From: Poseidonia sp. | GTDB lineage: Archaea > Thermoplasmatota > Poseidoniia > Poseidoniales > Poseidoniaceae | Reading direction: 5' to 3' | Length of the DNA: 64,000 nucleotides | Assembly (NCBI GenBank): GCA_023254355.1 | Contig: JALRLR010000001.1 | Location: 2,100 to 66,099 of the forward strand | Part shown: piece by piece, positions 28,405 to 36,983 of the stretch | Position numbering within the stretch: position 1 is the stretch's first letter | How the letters are laid out: each line of letters begins with the position of its first letter | Translations under genes and position numbers: made by a program | Notes under the pieces: model-generated | What the model saw: the letters and a program-made list of their open reading frames with translations, nothing else | Database searches by the model: none | What the model was told of the DNA's origin: nothing

Positions 28405-29538
28405 GTGGATGATTCCGTCGCCGATGAGTTGGATGCGCCTCAACGCATCCTGGTCCACTGCGATTTGGACGCGTTTTTCGCTGCCGTTGAAACCTTGCAC
28501 CACGGGCTGGACGAAAGCGTACCGCTGATCATCGGCTCCGAACCAAAGCAGGGTCGTGGGCGAGGCATCGTTTCCACATGCAATTACGCCGCTCGCCAAT
28601 ACGGCGTCCGTTCGGCGATGCCGATTTCCGAAGCGTGGCGTCGTTGTCCGGGGGCCCCGTTTGGTCATGCCCGCTACATCCGAGGGACGCGTGGTTTGTA
28701 CACACGGGCCAGTCGGCGAGTGATGGCGATCTTGAAAGCCCATGCAACGGCCTTTGAACAGGCCAGCATCGATGAGGCCTACCTCGACGTGACCGAGGCG
28801 GTCAACGGTGATTGGGACCTGGCGTTGGCGCTGACGAAAAGCTTGCAGCGTGACATCGTTGAGGCGTTGGGCCTGACCGCCTCGTTTGGAGTGGGGCCCA
28901 CTCGAATCATTGCCAAAATGAGCAGCGAGGTGAACAAACCAAACGGCGTTCATCGCGTCCTGCCCGATGAGGTTGAGGCGTTCTTCGAAGGTCGTCCTCT
29001 ACGTGAGATTCCAGGCATCGGCCCCAAGCGGGCCACCCAACTCGCCGAATGGGGCTACTCAACCGCTGATGAGTTGCGGGCCTTGGGGGAACTGTCCCTC
29101 GCACGCTTGGCCGGTGAGCGGTTTGCCACCTGGTTCATGGAAGTGGTGGAAGGCGAAAGCAGTCGGGTCGTCAGTCCGTTGAGGAGTCGAAAGTCCATTG
29201 GCAAGGAGCATACCTTTGAGCGGGATTTGGACGACCATGAATCCGTGCTCGCTCGATTGGAGGAACTGGTTGATTTGGTCATGAACCGAGCATCTGAATT
29301 GGGCGTTTCAGGGCGACTGGCGGAGGTGAAGATTCGGTACACGGGATTCGAGACCCATGCTTCAGGCCGGAGCATACCGGTGGCCATGGACGACCCCGCC
29401 GTGTTCAAGCGACTGGCCAGAACGCTGTTTGCCAACAACATCGAAACGGAAAAATCCGTCCGCTTAATCGGGTTTCGTTTAGGTCATCTTGAAGAACCGT
29501 CTTCACGGCAAACCACCCTCTTCGACGAAGAGGAATGA
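28405..29538 (+). CDS. dinB: Y-family DNA polymerase IV (DinB/Dpo4/Dbh)
   Basis: HCDLDAFFAAVE, STCNYAARQYGVRSAMP, ASIDEAYLD, AKMSSEVNKPNG, IPGIGPK, RKSIGKEHTF, VRLIGFRL; GTG start chosen. Confidence 0.96.
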   Translation: MDDSVADELDAPQRILVHCDLDAFFAAVETLHHGLDESVPLIIGSEPKQGRGRGIVSTCNYAARQYGVRSAMPISEAWRRCPGAPFGHARYIRGTRGLYTRASRRVMAILKAHATAFEQASIDEAYLDVTEAVNGDWDLALALTKSLQRDIVEALGLTASFGVGPTRIIAKMSSEVNKPNGVHRVLPDEVEAFFEGRPLREIPGIGPKRATQLAEWGYSTADELRALGELSLARLAGERFATWFMEVVEGESSRVVSPLRSRKSIGKEHTFERDLDDHESVLARLEELVDLVMNRASELGVSGRLAEVKIRYTGFETHASGRSIPVAMDDPAVFKRLARTLFANNIETEKSVRLIGFRLGHLEEPSSRQTTLFDEEE

Positions 29539-32031
29539 TCACTCAAGTTGGTGCATGCGCGTCAAGGTTGCTGCAAAATCGGCGAGAGAGTCGGGCACAG
29601 GAATGCCTGCGATGGGTTGGTTGAGCGAAACCCCTGCTTCCTTTTTCGCGCCCCATACGTTTCCGTTGAATTCCTGCAACGCATTGGACAATCCACACAA
29701 GGCACGACCTTCGGCCGTTTGCGCTCCCACGCTGGGGAGAGGTGGGGCGGGGAAGGCATCCACGTCAACGGAAGATTGGCCGTAGACGGTGTTCGATATG
29801 TGATGGGTGAAAAACGGACAGACCGGACTGAAGGCGGCCATGAAGTCACGCACAATGCGGTGAATGGTCCATGTTGCTGCAGGGTCATCGTCGTATAACC
29901 GTGATTTCACCATCTCGAGGTAATGACTTGGCAGCAGACCTGTACCGAAGGTCTTGAGCGCTTGCGTTGCGGTGTAGATGTCAAGGTGGCTCCAAGCTTG
30001 TTGAACGGTGTCCATGGTGGCTTGGAACTCTGCCAAAATCCAACGGTCTTCGATGGCCAAGCCTTTCGGGGCTTCCTCCAAATTGAGGGGTGTTTCGAAT
30101 TGAGAGGCGAAGCGTGCGACATTGAACAGCTTTGTGAGAACACCAAAGTACTTCTTTTCAATTTCTTCAGGATTGATTTGAAAATCGTCCCCCACTTGAG
30201 CGTCGCAAGCCTTCCAAAGGCGGAAACATTCACTGCCAATTTTGTTAGCACGAAGACTGACTGAACCGTCAGGGCCCTTGATTTTCCAAGACCCGGTTCG
30301 TCCTGATGCACCGCATTCCAACACCGAATCGGCATCAATGCCGTTGCCGATGGATTTGCTCATCTTCCGACCCCATGGGTCCATGCCCAAGCCGTCAATC
30401 CAGACATGTTGGAACCCGGGCTGGTCGAGAACAAGCGTGGATTTGAGGAGGGTGTAATACAACCAGGTACGGACGATTTCTTTCCCTTGCGGCCGAAGGG
30501 CTGTGGGGAAGGCACGCTCAAACACCTCGGGGTGGTTCAGATACCCCGAGACGAAGAGGTTGGAATTTGAGGAGTCCATCCAAGTATCGAAGACTTTCTC
30601 TTCCCCGGTCAACTCGCCAAGTTCATCCTTGAGGTCCTCGTATGCACCAAGGTCTTCTCGAGTGCTTCGGTCCAACACCCTGCTGCCAGTAGGCGGGTGG
30701 TCCTTCCAAGGTTGAACATAGGTGCCGGAGGGTGGAACGACCACAAGTTCTTCGTTTTGGCTGTACCAAATCGGTATTTCCGTGTGGTACCAACGGCGAC
30801 GACTGATGGGCCAGTCGATGCTGATGTTGTCCATCCAGTCAAGCAGGAATTGACGGTTTCGAGTTGGGTGAAATTCAATGGCCTCAATGTGGGTTTTCAT
30901 GCGTTCTTGGATGTGGGTTTGTCGGACGTACCATTCCTTGAGGAGAATGATTTCGACGGGATTTTTGCCTCGTTCCGAAACGGGGATCTCTTGCTCCCGT
31001 TCAACGACGTTCAACAGGTCACCCTGGCCTTCGAGCAGGTCAATGGCCGCTTTGCGCGCTTCAAGAACGGACAGGCCGGCGAGAGGGCCTGCAACCTCGG
31101 TCATGTTCCCGTCCAAATCAATGGCTTGGAACGGGGTTAAACCGAGCTCACGGAACACAGCGACATCGTTCTGGTCCCCAAAGGAACAGACCATCAAGAC
31201 GCCCGAACCGAAATCGGATTTTACCGAAGGATGGGCTTGAATTTCCACCGTTGTTTCCCTCCCCCGGGTTGGAAGCGGAAGGGACACGGTTTTGCCGACC
31301 AAGTGAGCGTACCGTTCGTCGTCGGGATGAACCACCACCACGCCGCAAGCACAGATCATTTCGGGGCGCGTGGTCGAAATCGTGAGGGTCTCGCCGTCAC
31401 CGCATGTCCATTTCACATCAACGAGCTTGGTTTTTCGAGGCAAGCGTTCAACTTCTGCATCGGCGATGGTGGTCCCTTCAACCGGGTCGTAGATGTTGGG
31501 TCGCAAGTCTTCAATGATGTCGCCTTTTTTGAACAACTCCACGAAAATGGATTGAGTCACGCTGCGGTAATCCGGTGCATCGGTAAGGTATTCCCGGTCG
31601 AAATCACAGGACAGCCCGACTCGACGTGCGGTGTCCCGCATCGCTTGGGTGAAGGATTCAATGGTGGTTTTGCAAAGGGCGAGAAATTCTTCCCGGTCGT
31701 ACGTTTTCATCTTTCGCTTGGTGTTCTTTTCAACCGTGAATTCGATGTTGATGCCATTGCGGTCAACTCCCCAAGGGAAGTAGACCTCTTTACCCAACAG
31801 GCGTTGGCTCCGAGCGATCACGTCGATCATGGAGTATTGGGCAACAGCGCCAATGTGCCACGTTCCCGAGGGGTAGGGTGGCGGTGTGTCGATAACGAAC
31901 ACCTCTTTGCCGCTGTCGGGCTTGAAAGCGTACCGCTGGTTGTAGGAATCTCGGTCAGCGTAATGGGCTTCTTGGATGGTCTTTTCCAAATCGATGGACC
32001 AACGTTTTTCGGGAAGTTTTGGGGCTGGCAT
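29539..32031 (-). CDS. valS: Valine--tRNA ligase (archaeal type)
   Basis: IDTPPPYPSGTWHIGA (HIGH variant), TTRPE, DWPISRRRW, DTWMDS, RPQGKEIVRTW, KMSKS; AGGTGAGG RBS. Confidence 0.97.
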   Translation of the reverse strand: MPAPKLPEKRWSIDLEKTIQEAHYADRDSYNQRYAFKPDSGKEVFVIDTPPPYPSGTWHIGAVAQYSMIDVIARSQRLLGKEVYFPWGVDRNGINIEFTVEKNTKRKMKTYDREEFLALCKTTIESFTQAMRDTARRVGLSCDFDREYLTDAPDYRSVTQSIFVELFKKGDIIEDLRPNIYDPVEGTTIADAEVERLPRKTKLVDVKWTCGDGETLTISTTRPEMICACGVVVVHPDDERYAHLVGKTVSLPLPTRGRETTVEIQAHPSVKSDFGSGVLMVCSFGDQNDVAVFRELGLTPFQAIDLDGNMTEVAGPLAGLSVLEARKAAIDLLEGQGDLLNVVEREQEIPVSERGKNPVEIILLKEWYVRQTHIQERMKTHIEAIEFHPTRNRQFLLDWMDNISIDWPISRRRWYHTEIPIWYSQNEELVVVPPSGTYVQPWKDHPPTGSRVLDRSTREDLGAYEDLKDELGELTGEEKVFDTWMDSSNSNLFVSGYLNHPEVFERAFPTALRPQGKEIVRTWLYYTLLKSTLVLDQPGFQHVWIDGLGMDPWGRKMSKSIGNGIDADSVLECGASGRTGSWKIKGPDGSVSLRANKIGSECFRLWKACDAQVGDDFQINPEEIEKKYFGVLTKLFNVARFASQFETPLNLEEAPKGLAIEDRWILAEFQATMDTVQQAWSHLDIYTATQALKTFGTGLLPSHYLEMVKSRLYDDDPAATWTIHRIVRDFMAAFSPVCPFFTHHISNTVYGQSSVDVDAFPAPPLPSVGAQTAEGRALCGLSNALQEFNGNVWGAKKEAGVSLNQPIAGIPVPDSLADFAATLTRMHQLE

Positions 32032-32193
32032 GTGCCTCACCTGGCCCCGCCTCGGTGAATGAGGTGGGTCCAACCCGTCGGTGGAGGGAGGGCATTTGAA
32101 TCCGTCGGAAGAGGCGCAACAAATCGTTGGCTGTCGGCTGCATGCAAAAGGTAAGGCTTTGAAGGACCCACACTTCCCACGGTCAACGGTGAT

Positions 32194-35100
32194 ATGATGG
32201 ACGCTGATGCGGGTGCGAAAAATCAACCCCCTTCGGATGGCCAGTCGGTAACCAACCGTCGAATTGACGCCCTGGGCGAAAAGTCGAAAGCCGTTCGTGC
32301 CCAACTTTCAGGTCAAATCAAATCCATGGATTCGAAGAAGGCCTTGGACGCCGTCCTCGATGCTCCTAAACGGTTCAAGCGAGAGTGGCAAAAAAGCGGT
32401 GCTACGGGTGCCATCACCCGATTTCCCATTCCCACCATCATGGTGTTCCTGTTGCTTACGGTGTACTTTGTGACCCAATCGGGTTTCTTGGATGATACAC
32501 GCTTTGACGACGACCCCAACAATCCTGCTCTCAACGTGAACGGCGATTTGGAAGTCTACTTGCCTGACGGGAGTAAAGTGGCTGAGCTGATTGGCAAGGT
32601 GGAAGAAGATTGGTCAACCAACGTGATGGTGGTCTACATTGAGTCCTCCAAATACAACATCACTGACCAGCGAATTCTGCAGGAAATCAGCTTTGTTGAA
32701 AACATCCTGAACCCCTATCTCTCGGATGAATCCGATGACGTGATTTACATTCTCTCGCTCTCAACCGTTCTGAAGGAAGTCAATTCCAGTGCGCCCCGAA
32801 TTCGTGACGCCATCATCACCGAAGTGGGCGAGTTGGGCTGCTCGAGCAATCCCGAAGACGATTGCTTGTCAAGGGAGTTGGCAGAAAACATCAACGAAGC
32901 CGCCCAATCGACGGACGAACAGTTTGGGGGTTCCTACGAAATTCCAAGTCAGACCACCATTGATTTGGTGATTGGAGAAATGTACGAACAAGACGGTTCC
33001 CCCACCGCTGGACTGAACAAACTCGCAAGGGACATTGAGGGGGGAGAAAACGGTGAGCCCGATGGTTTGTTGGACCGCGCCATCATGGCGGTGGCCGTGA
33101 CCGAAAATCGTCCCGCCAAAGACATCATTTCGGATACTCAGGAGGTGTTGGACACCTTGTCAACGCTGGAGCGGGCGTGCCGCTTTGAGGCCAACGGCGA
33201 CCCCATCGAATCGGAGGGATTGTGTGACTGGGATGACTTGGGGTTGAGCATGGTCCTCACCGGGCCGGTTCCCATCACCAACGCCGTGACCGAGTTCTCC
33301 TTCCGTTTGTTTTGGGAAATTTTCCCCATGGCGGTGGTTCTCGTGGCCATGGGGTTGTTTGTGTTCCACTCGGATTTGTTGCAAACGGGCCTCACGGGCA
33401 TGCGTCCCCTTCAGGGCTTCAAGGTCGTGGTCATTGCCGGATTGCCGACCTTGTGTGCGGTTTTCTGGACCTTAGGCCTGATCGGTGCAACGAATTATGA
33501 AGTGACGATGACGGTGATTATTGTTGGTCCGATTTTGCTGGCCTTGGGTGTCTCGTACGGCTTGCACATCACGAACCGGTACGCTGAGGAAGAAGGGACG
33601 CGCAGTGAGAAAATGAAGGCTTCATTGACATCAACCGGTCGCGCCGTCTTCCTTTCAGCGGTGACGACCGTGATCGGTTTCATTTCGTTGGTGTTCACGC
33701 CCATGGCCCCCATCCAAACGGTGGGGATTGCACTTTCGGTTGGCATCGTAATCGTTTACATTTTAACCATGTTTATGGTGCCTAATCTCACGTTAATTCT
33801 TGATTTGAAGAAACCCAAACATCCGCCACTCAAGGCGTTTGACGTGCTGGTGGATGTGCCGGTGAAACACAACAAAGCCGTTATCGGTGTCTTCGTGATG
33901 CTCATCCTCTTGTCCGCCACCGTGGGTCAAGCCAACGTTGAGGAGAACATCGACTTGCTGGGAATGGCCCCTGAGGGCGAGTCGCCCGTGGTGAAGATGA
34001 AGCAATACAGTCAGGAATTCGAGGCCGGTCAGGTGGGCATGATTTTGGTCAACGCCAACGTGAGCGGGGATTTCAACGACAACGATAACTCAAACGATGA
34101 CCCGGTTGAAATCCTCGAGAAGATCAACAACTTGGAAGCCTCCCTCAATGAAGTGGAGAACACGACCGCCGTTTCGGTGGTGTTTTTGATGAAGGCCTCC
34201 GGGGTTCAAGTAACCGTGTCGGGTGAACAAGTGAACGAGTTGTTCCAACTCGTGCCTTGCGCCGGTGTTGATGGTTGTGAGGACATCAAAGCAACCGCAG
34301 AGGTCCTGTTCAATCAAAGCTTGTCGGTGGACACTTCGTTTTGGGATTTGTTGACCAATCCCGATGATTTTAATTTGCCAGGTTCTCAACAGAGCCAGAT
34401 TTTCCTCCTTGACGTGTTCTACGCTTCGCTCACGAAAGAAACCCGTGAAATTTTCGTGAGCGAGGATTTCAGCCGCTCATTGATTTACGTCGATATGCCC
34501 TTCATTCCAGTGGCCGATACGTCGAAGAGCGTTGATTCGGTGAACGAAAAGGCCGCCACGTTCCAAGGTCGGTACGGAGAAACGGCGGAAGATTTGACGG
34601 GAGTTGCAGCCACGGCTATCGAAGTGAACGAACTCATCGTTGGTTCGCAGTGGACCTCGCTGGGTTTCGCCATCATCCTCACCCTCATCACCTTGGCCGT
34701 TGTTTTCAGGGACATCCGCTACTCCATTTGGACCACTTCGCCCGTGATTGCCACGGTGGCGCTCCAATGGTTGGTGATGTGGAGAATGGACGTGCCCCTG
34801 TCCTTGGTCACGGTCATGATCGGGTCGATTTTGGTCGGCGTCGGTGTTGACTTTTCCATCCACATCGCTAATCGTATCCGTGAACTCGGTGGTGGCATTC
34901 AAGCCATTCGCAGTGCAGCGGTGGGCACGGGGATGTCCCTGTTCGAAGCGGCGGTGGTCACTTCACTCGGAATGTTCACCGCTTACAACATCCCCATTCC
35001 TGAAATTCAGCCTTTCATCACCGTCATTCTGATTTTGCTCTGGGTTGCAGCAGCCAGCGCCCTCATTTTACTCCCAGCCATTTTTGTTACCCTTGAAAAG

Positions 35101-35226
35101 ATGGGAATCGGTGCGGTGAGCGGCTCAAACAACATGGCCAAAAAGCTGGGTCTTCTGCGACTTCACGAATCAGGGATGGACGTGATGGAAGCCGCTCTGT
35201 TGGATGACGTGGTCGATGCTTGGTAG
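32194..35226 (+). CDS. MMPL/RND-superfamily membrane transporter
   Basis: Two halves each with a large extracytoplasmic loop and TM block; ILLALGVSYGLHITNRY, TGRAVFLSAVTTVIGF, GVGVDFSIHI. Confidence 0.9.
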   Translation: MMDADAGAKNQPPSDGQSVTNRRIDALGEKSKAVRAQLSGQIKSMDSKKALDAVLDAPKRFKREWQKSGATGAITRFPIPTIMVFLLLTVYFVTQSGFLDDTRFDDDPNNPALNVNGDLEVYLPDGSKVAELIGKVEEDWSTNVMVVYIESSKYNITDQRILQEISFVENILNPYLSDESDDVIYILSLSTVLKEVNSSAPRIRDAIITEVGELGCSSNPEDDCLSRELAENINEAAQSTDEQFGGSYEIPSQTTIDLVIGEMYEQDGSPTAGLNKLARDIEGGENGEPDGLLDRAIMAVAVTENRPAKDIISDTQEVLDTLSTLERACRFEANGDPIESEGLCDWDDLGLSMVLTGPVPITNAVTEFSFRLFWEIFPMAVVLVAMGLFVFHSDLLQTGLTGMRPLQGFKVVVIAGLPTLCAVFWTLGLIGATNYEVTMTVIIVGPILLALGVSYGLHITNRYAEEEGTRSEKMKASLTSTGRAVFLSAVTTVIGFISLVFTPMAPIQTVGIALSVGIVIVYILTMFMVPNLTLILDLKKPKHPPLKAFDVLVDVPVKHNKAVIGVFVMLILLSATVGQANVEENIDLLGMAPEGESPVVKMKQYSQEFEAGQVGMILVNANVSGDFNDNDNSNDDPVEILEKINNLEASLNEVENTTAVSVVFLMKASGVQVTVSGEQVNELFQLVPCAGVDGCEDIKATAEVLFNQSLSVDTSFWDLLTNPDDFNLPGSQQSQIFLLDVFYASLTKETREIFVSEDFSRSLIYVDMPFIPVADTSKSVDSVNEKAATFQGRYGETAEDLTGVAATAIEVNELIVGSQWTSLGFAIILTLITLAVVFRDIRYSIWTTSPVIATVALQWLVMWRMDVPLSLVTVMIGSILVGVGVDFSIHIANRIRELGGGIQAIRSAAVGTGMSLFEAAVVTSLGMFTAYNIPIPEIQPFITVILILLWVAAASALILLPAIFVTLEKMGIGAVSGSNNMAKKLGLLRLHESGMDVMEAALLDDVVDAW

Positions 35227-35264
35227 GCGAGCAATCCATAGACCTCTTGCGCTTGGGACTGTTC

Positions 35265-35738
35265 ATGAAGCACTGGTTGATGAAATCCGAGTTGGATGTT
35301 TATCCCTATTCGCAGTTGGTCGCTGACGGCCAAACGCATTGGGACGGTGTCAGAAATTATCAAGCGAGAAACATGATGCGAGATGACATGAAACTCGGTG
35401 ACTTGGTCTTGTTTTACCATTCAAACACCAAACCGCCGCACGTGGCGGGCGTTGCCAAAATTGTCACTGAAGGGTATCCTGACCACACCTCTTGGGACCG
35501 TCATGGGAAATACTTCGACGAAAAATCAACGCCCGATTCCCCTCGTTGGTTCATGGTTGACATCGCACCGGTACGTGAGTTGCCCATGGTTTCCCTCGAT
35601 GCCATGAGAGAAAATCCCGCTCTCGAGGGCATGTTGCTTCTTCGACGGGGTCAACGACTTTCCGTCCAACCGGTGGAAGAACAACATTTTGCAGAGGTGC
35701 TTTCCATGGCGGGTTGCACCTTGGACGACCTGAGTTGA
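35265..35738 (+). CDS. EVE domain protein (PUA-like)
   Basis: MKHWLMKSE, WDGVRNYQARN, GDLVLFYHSN, YFDEKS...PRWFMVD, RLSVQPV. Confidence 0.93.
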   Translation: MKHWLMKSELDVYPYSQLVADGQTHWDGVRNYQARNMMRDDMKLGDLVLFYHSNTKPPHVAGVAKIVTEGYPDHTSWDRHGKYFDEKSTPDSPRWFMVDIAPVRELPMVSLDAMRENPALEGMLLLRRGQRLSVQPVEEQHFAEVLSMAGCTLDDLS

Positions 35739-35748
35739 GGTGACCTCC

Positions 35749-36957
35749 ATGGATGGACCGATTCCAGTCTCCTCCCGTGCGGCTTCCATTGAATACGCTA
35801 TTCGGGACGTTGTGGTGCCGGCCACCGAACTCGAGGCGCAAGGTCATCACATCCTCAAACTGAACATCGGGGACCCGATTGCGTATCCGGGTTTACCTAC
35901 GCCACCTCACATGGTCGAGGCCTATGCTGATGCTCTCCGGTCCGGTCGAAACGGGTATTCGCCTTCGTATGGATTGCCCGAACTCCGAGCAGCGTTGGCG
36001 AACGATGAGCAACGGAAGGGGTGGCCGGCTCGACCCGAGGACATCTATGTCTGCCATGGGGTTACGGAAGCCTTGCAGCTCATCTTCGCCGCCGTTTTGG
36101 AGGAAGGAAGCAAGGTTCTGGCTCCCGGTCCACATTACCCTCCCTACATGGCCTACCCCCAACTCTACGGGGGCGAGACGGTCGAGTACAACCTCCACGG
36201 TGACGATGACTGGAGGCCAGATTTTGATGACATTGAAAAGAAAATGGACCAGGATGTCCGTCTCCTGGTGTTGATTAATCCTAACAATCCTTGCGGTACC
36301 GTTTGTGGAAGCGATGACATCGACCGACTCTTGGGGATCGCCCGAGCCTATCCGAATTGCATCGTGGTTGCTGACGAGATCTACGATGGCTTGGATTTCA
36401 CCGGAAACCACGTCTCGGTGGCCAGTCGGAGCACCGATGTCCCCGTGATAGCCCTCAACGGGGTCTCAAAAGTCTACTATGCCCCTGGATGGAGAATCGG
36501 TTACATGGCTCTTCACGACCCGTTGGACCGATTGAGCCTTGTCCGAGACGGTCTTGAGCGTCTGCTTCGTTCGCGGCTTTGTGCTTCGACGCCCGCACAA
36601 TTGGGCTATTTGGCAGGTCTCACCGGAGACCGCACCTGGATGCAAACCTACAGCCAGCGCGTGAAGGCCCAACGTGATTATTGCCTCCAACGAATTTCTG
36701 AAATTGATGGCCTCGAAGTGCAAACCCCGGGTGGAGCGTTTTACATGTTTGTGAAGCTGACCGATCCAAAATGGCAGGACAACGACAAAGAGTTCGTGTT
36801 GAGCCTCTTGCATGAGGAGAAGGTGCTGCTTGTTCACGGCAGTGGATTTTCCCCTGAGCGGGGAAAGGGGCATGTTCGATTGGTGTACCTCGCAGCATTG
36901 GATGTGCTTGAGGATGCCTTTTCTCGAATCGAACGATTCCTCACGAGACACCGCTGA
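35749..36957 (+). CDS. Class I/II PLP aminotransferase (alanine aminotransferase-like)
   Basis: IEYAIRD, LKLNIGDP, INPNNPCG, ADEIYD, NGVSKVYYAPGWRIGY, PGGAFYMF. Confidence 0.93.
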   Translation: MDGPIPVSSRAASIEYAIRDVVVPATELEAQGHHILKLNIGDPIAYPGLPTPPHMVEAYADALRSGRNGYSPSYGLPELRAALANDEQRKGWPARPEDIYVCHGVTEALQLIFAAVLEEGSKVLAPGPHYPPYMAYPQLYGGETVEYNLHGDDDWRPDFDDIEKKMDQDVRLLVLINPNNPCGTVCGSDDIDRLLGIARAYPNCIVVADEIYDGLDFTGNHVSVASRSTDVPVIALNGVSKVYYAPGWRIGYMALHDPLDRLSLVRDGLERLLRSRLCASTPAQLGYLAGLTGDRTWMQTYSQRVKAQRDYCLQRISEIDGLEVQTPGGAFYMFVKLTDPKWQDNDKEFVLSLLHEEKVLLVHGSGFSPERGKGHVRLVYLAALDVLEDAFSRIERFLTRHR

Positions 36958-36983
36958 AGGCGCTTCATGCAGACGGAGATTTC

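Noticed and set aside
24775..29538. Polymerase cassette as a casposon, pipolin or other mobile element
   Set aside because: No Cas1/integrase/transposase, terminal repeats or target duplication; the PolB is PolB2-like rather than protein-primed or primer-independent; composition looks like the flanks.
32032..32304. Long N-terminal extensions in the ORF track (valS, sufS-like, S8, PNGase protein, glyA, serA, PfkB kinase)
   Set aside because: They overlap neighbouring genes and lack family similarity; downstream ATGs with RBS or family-typical N-termini were used instead.
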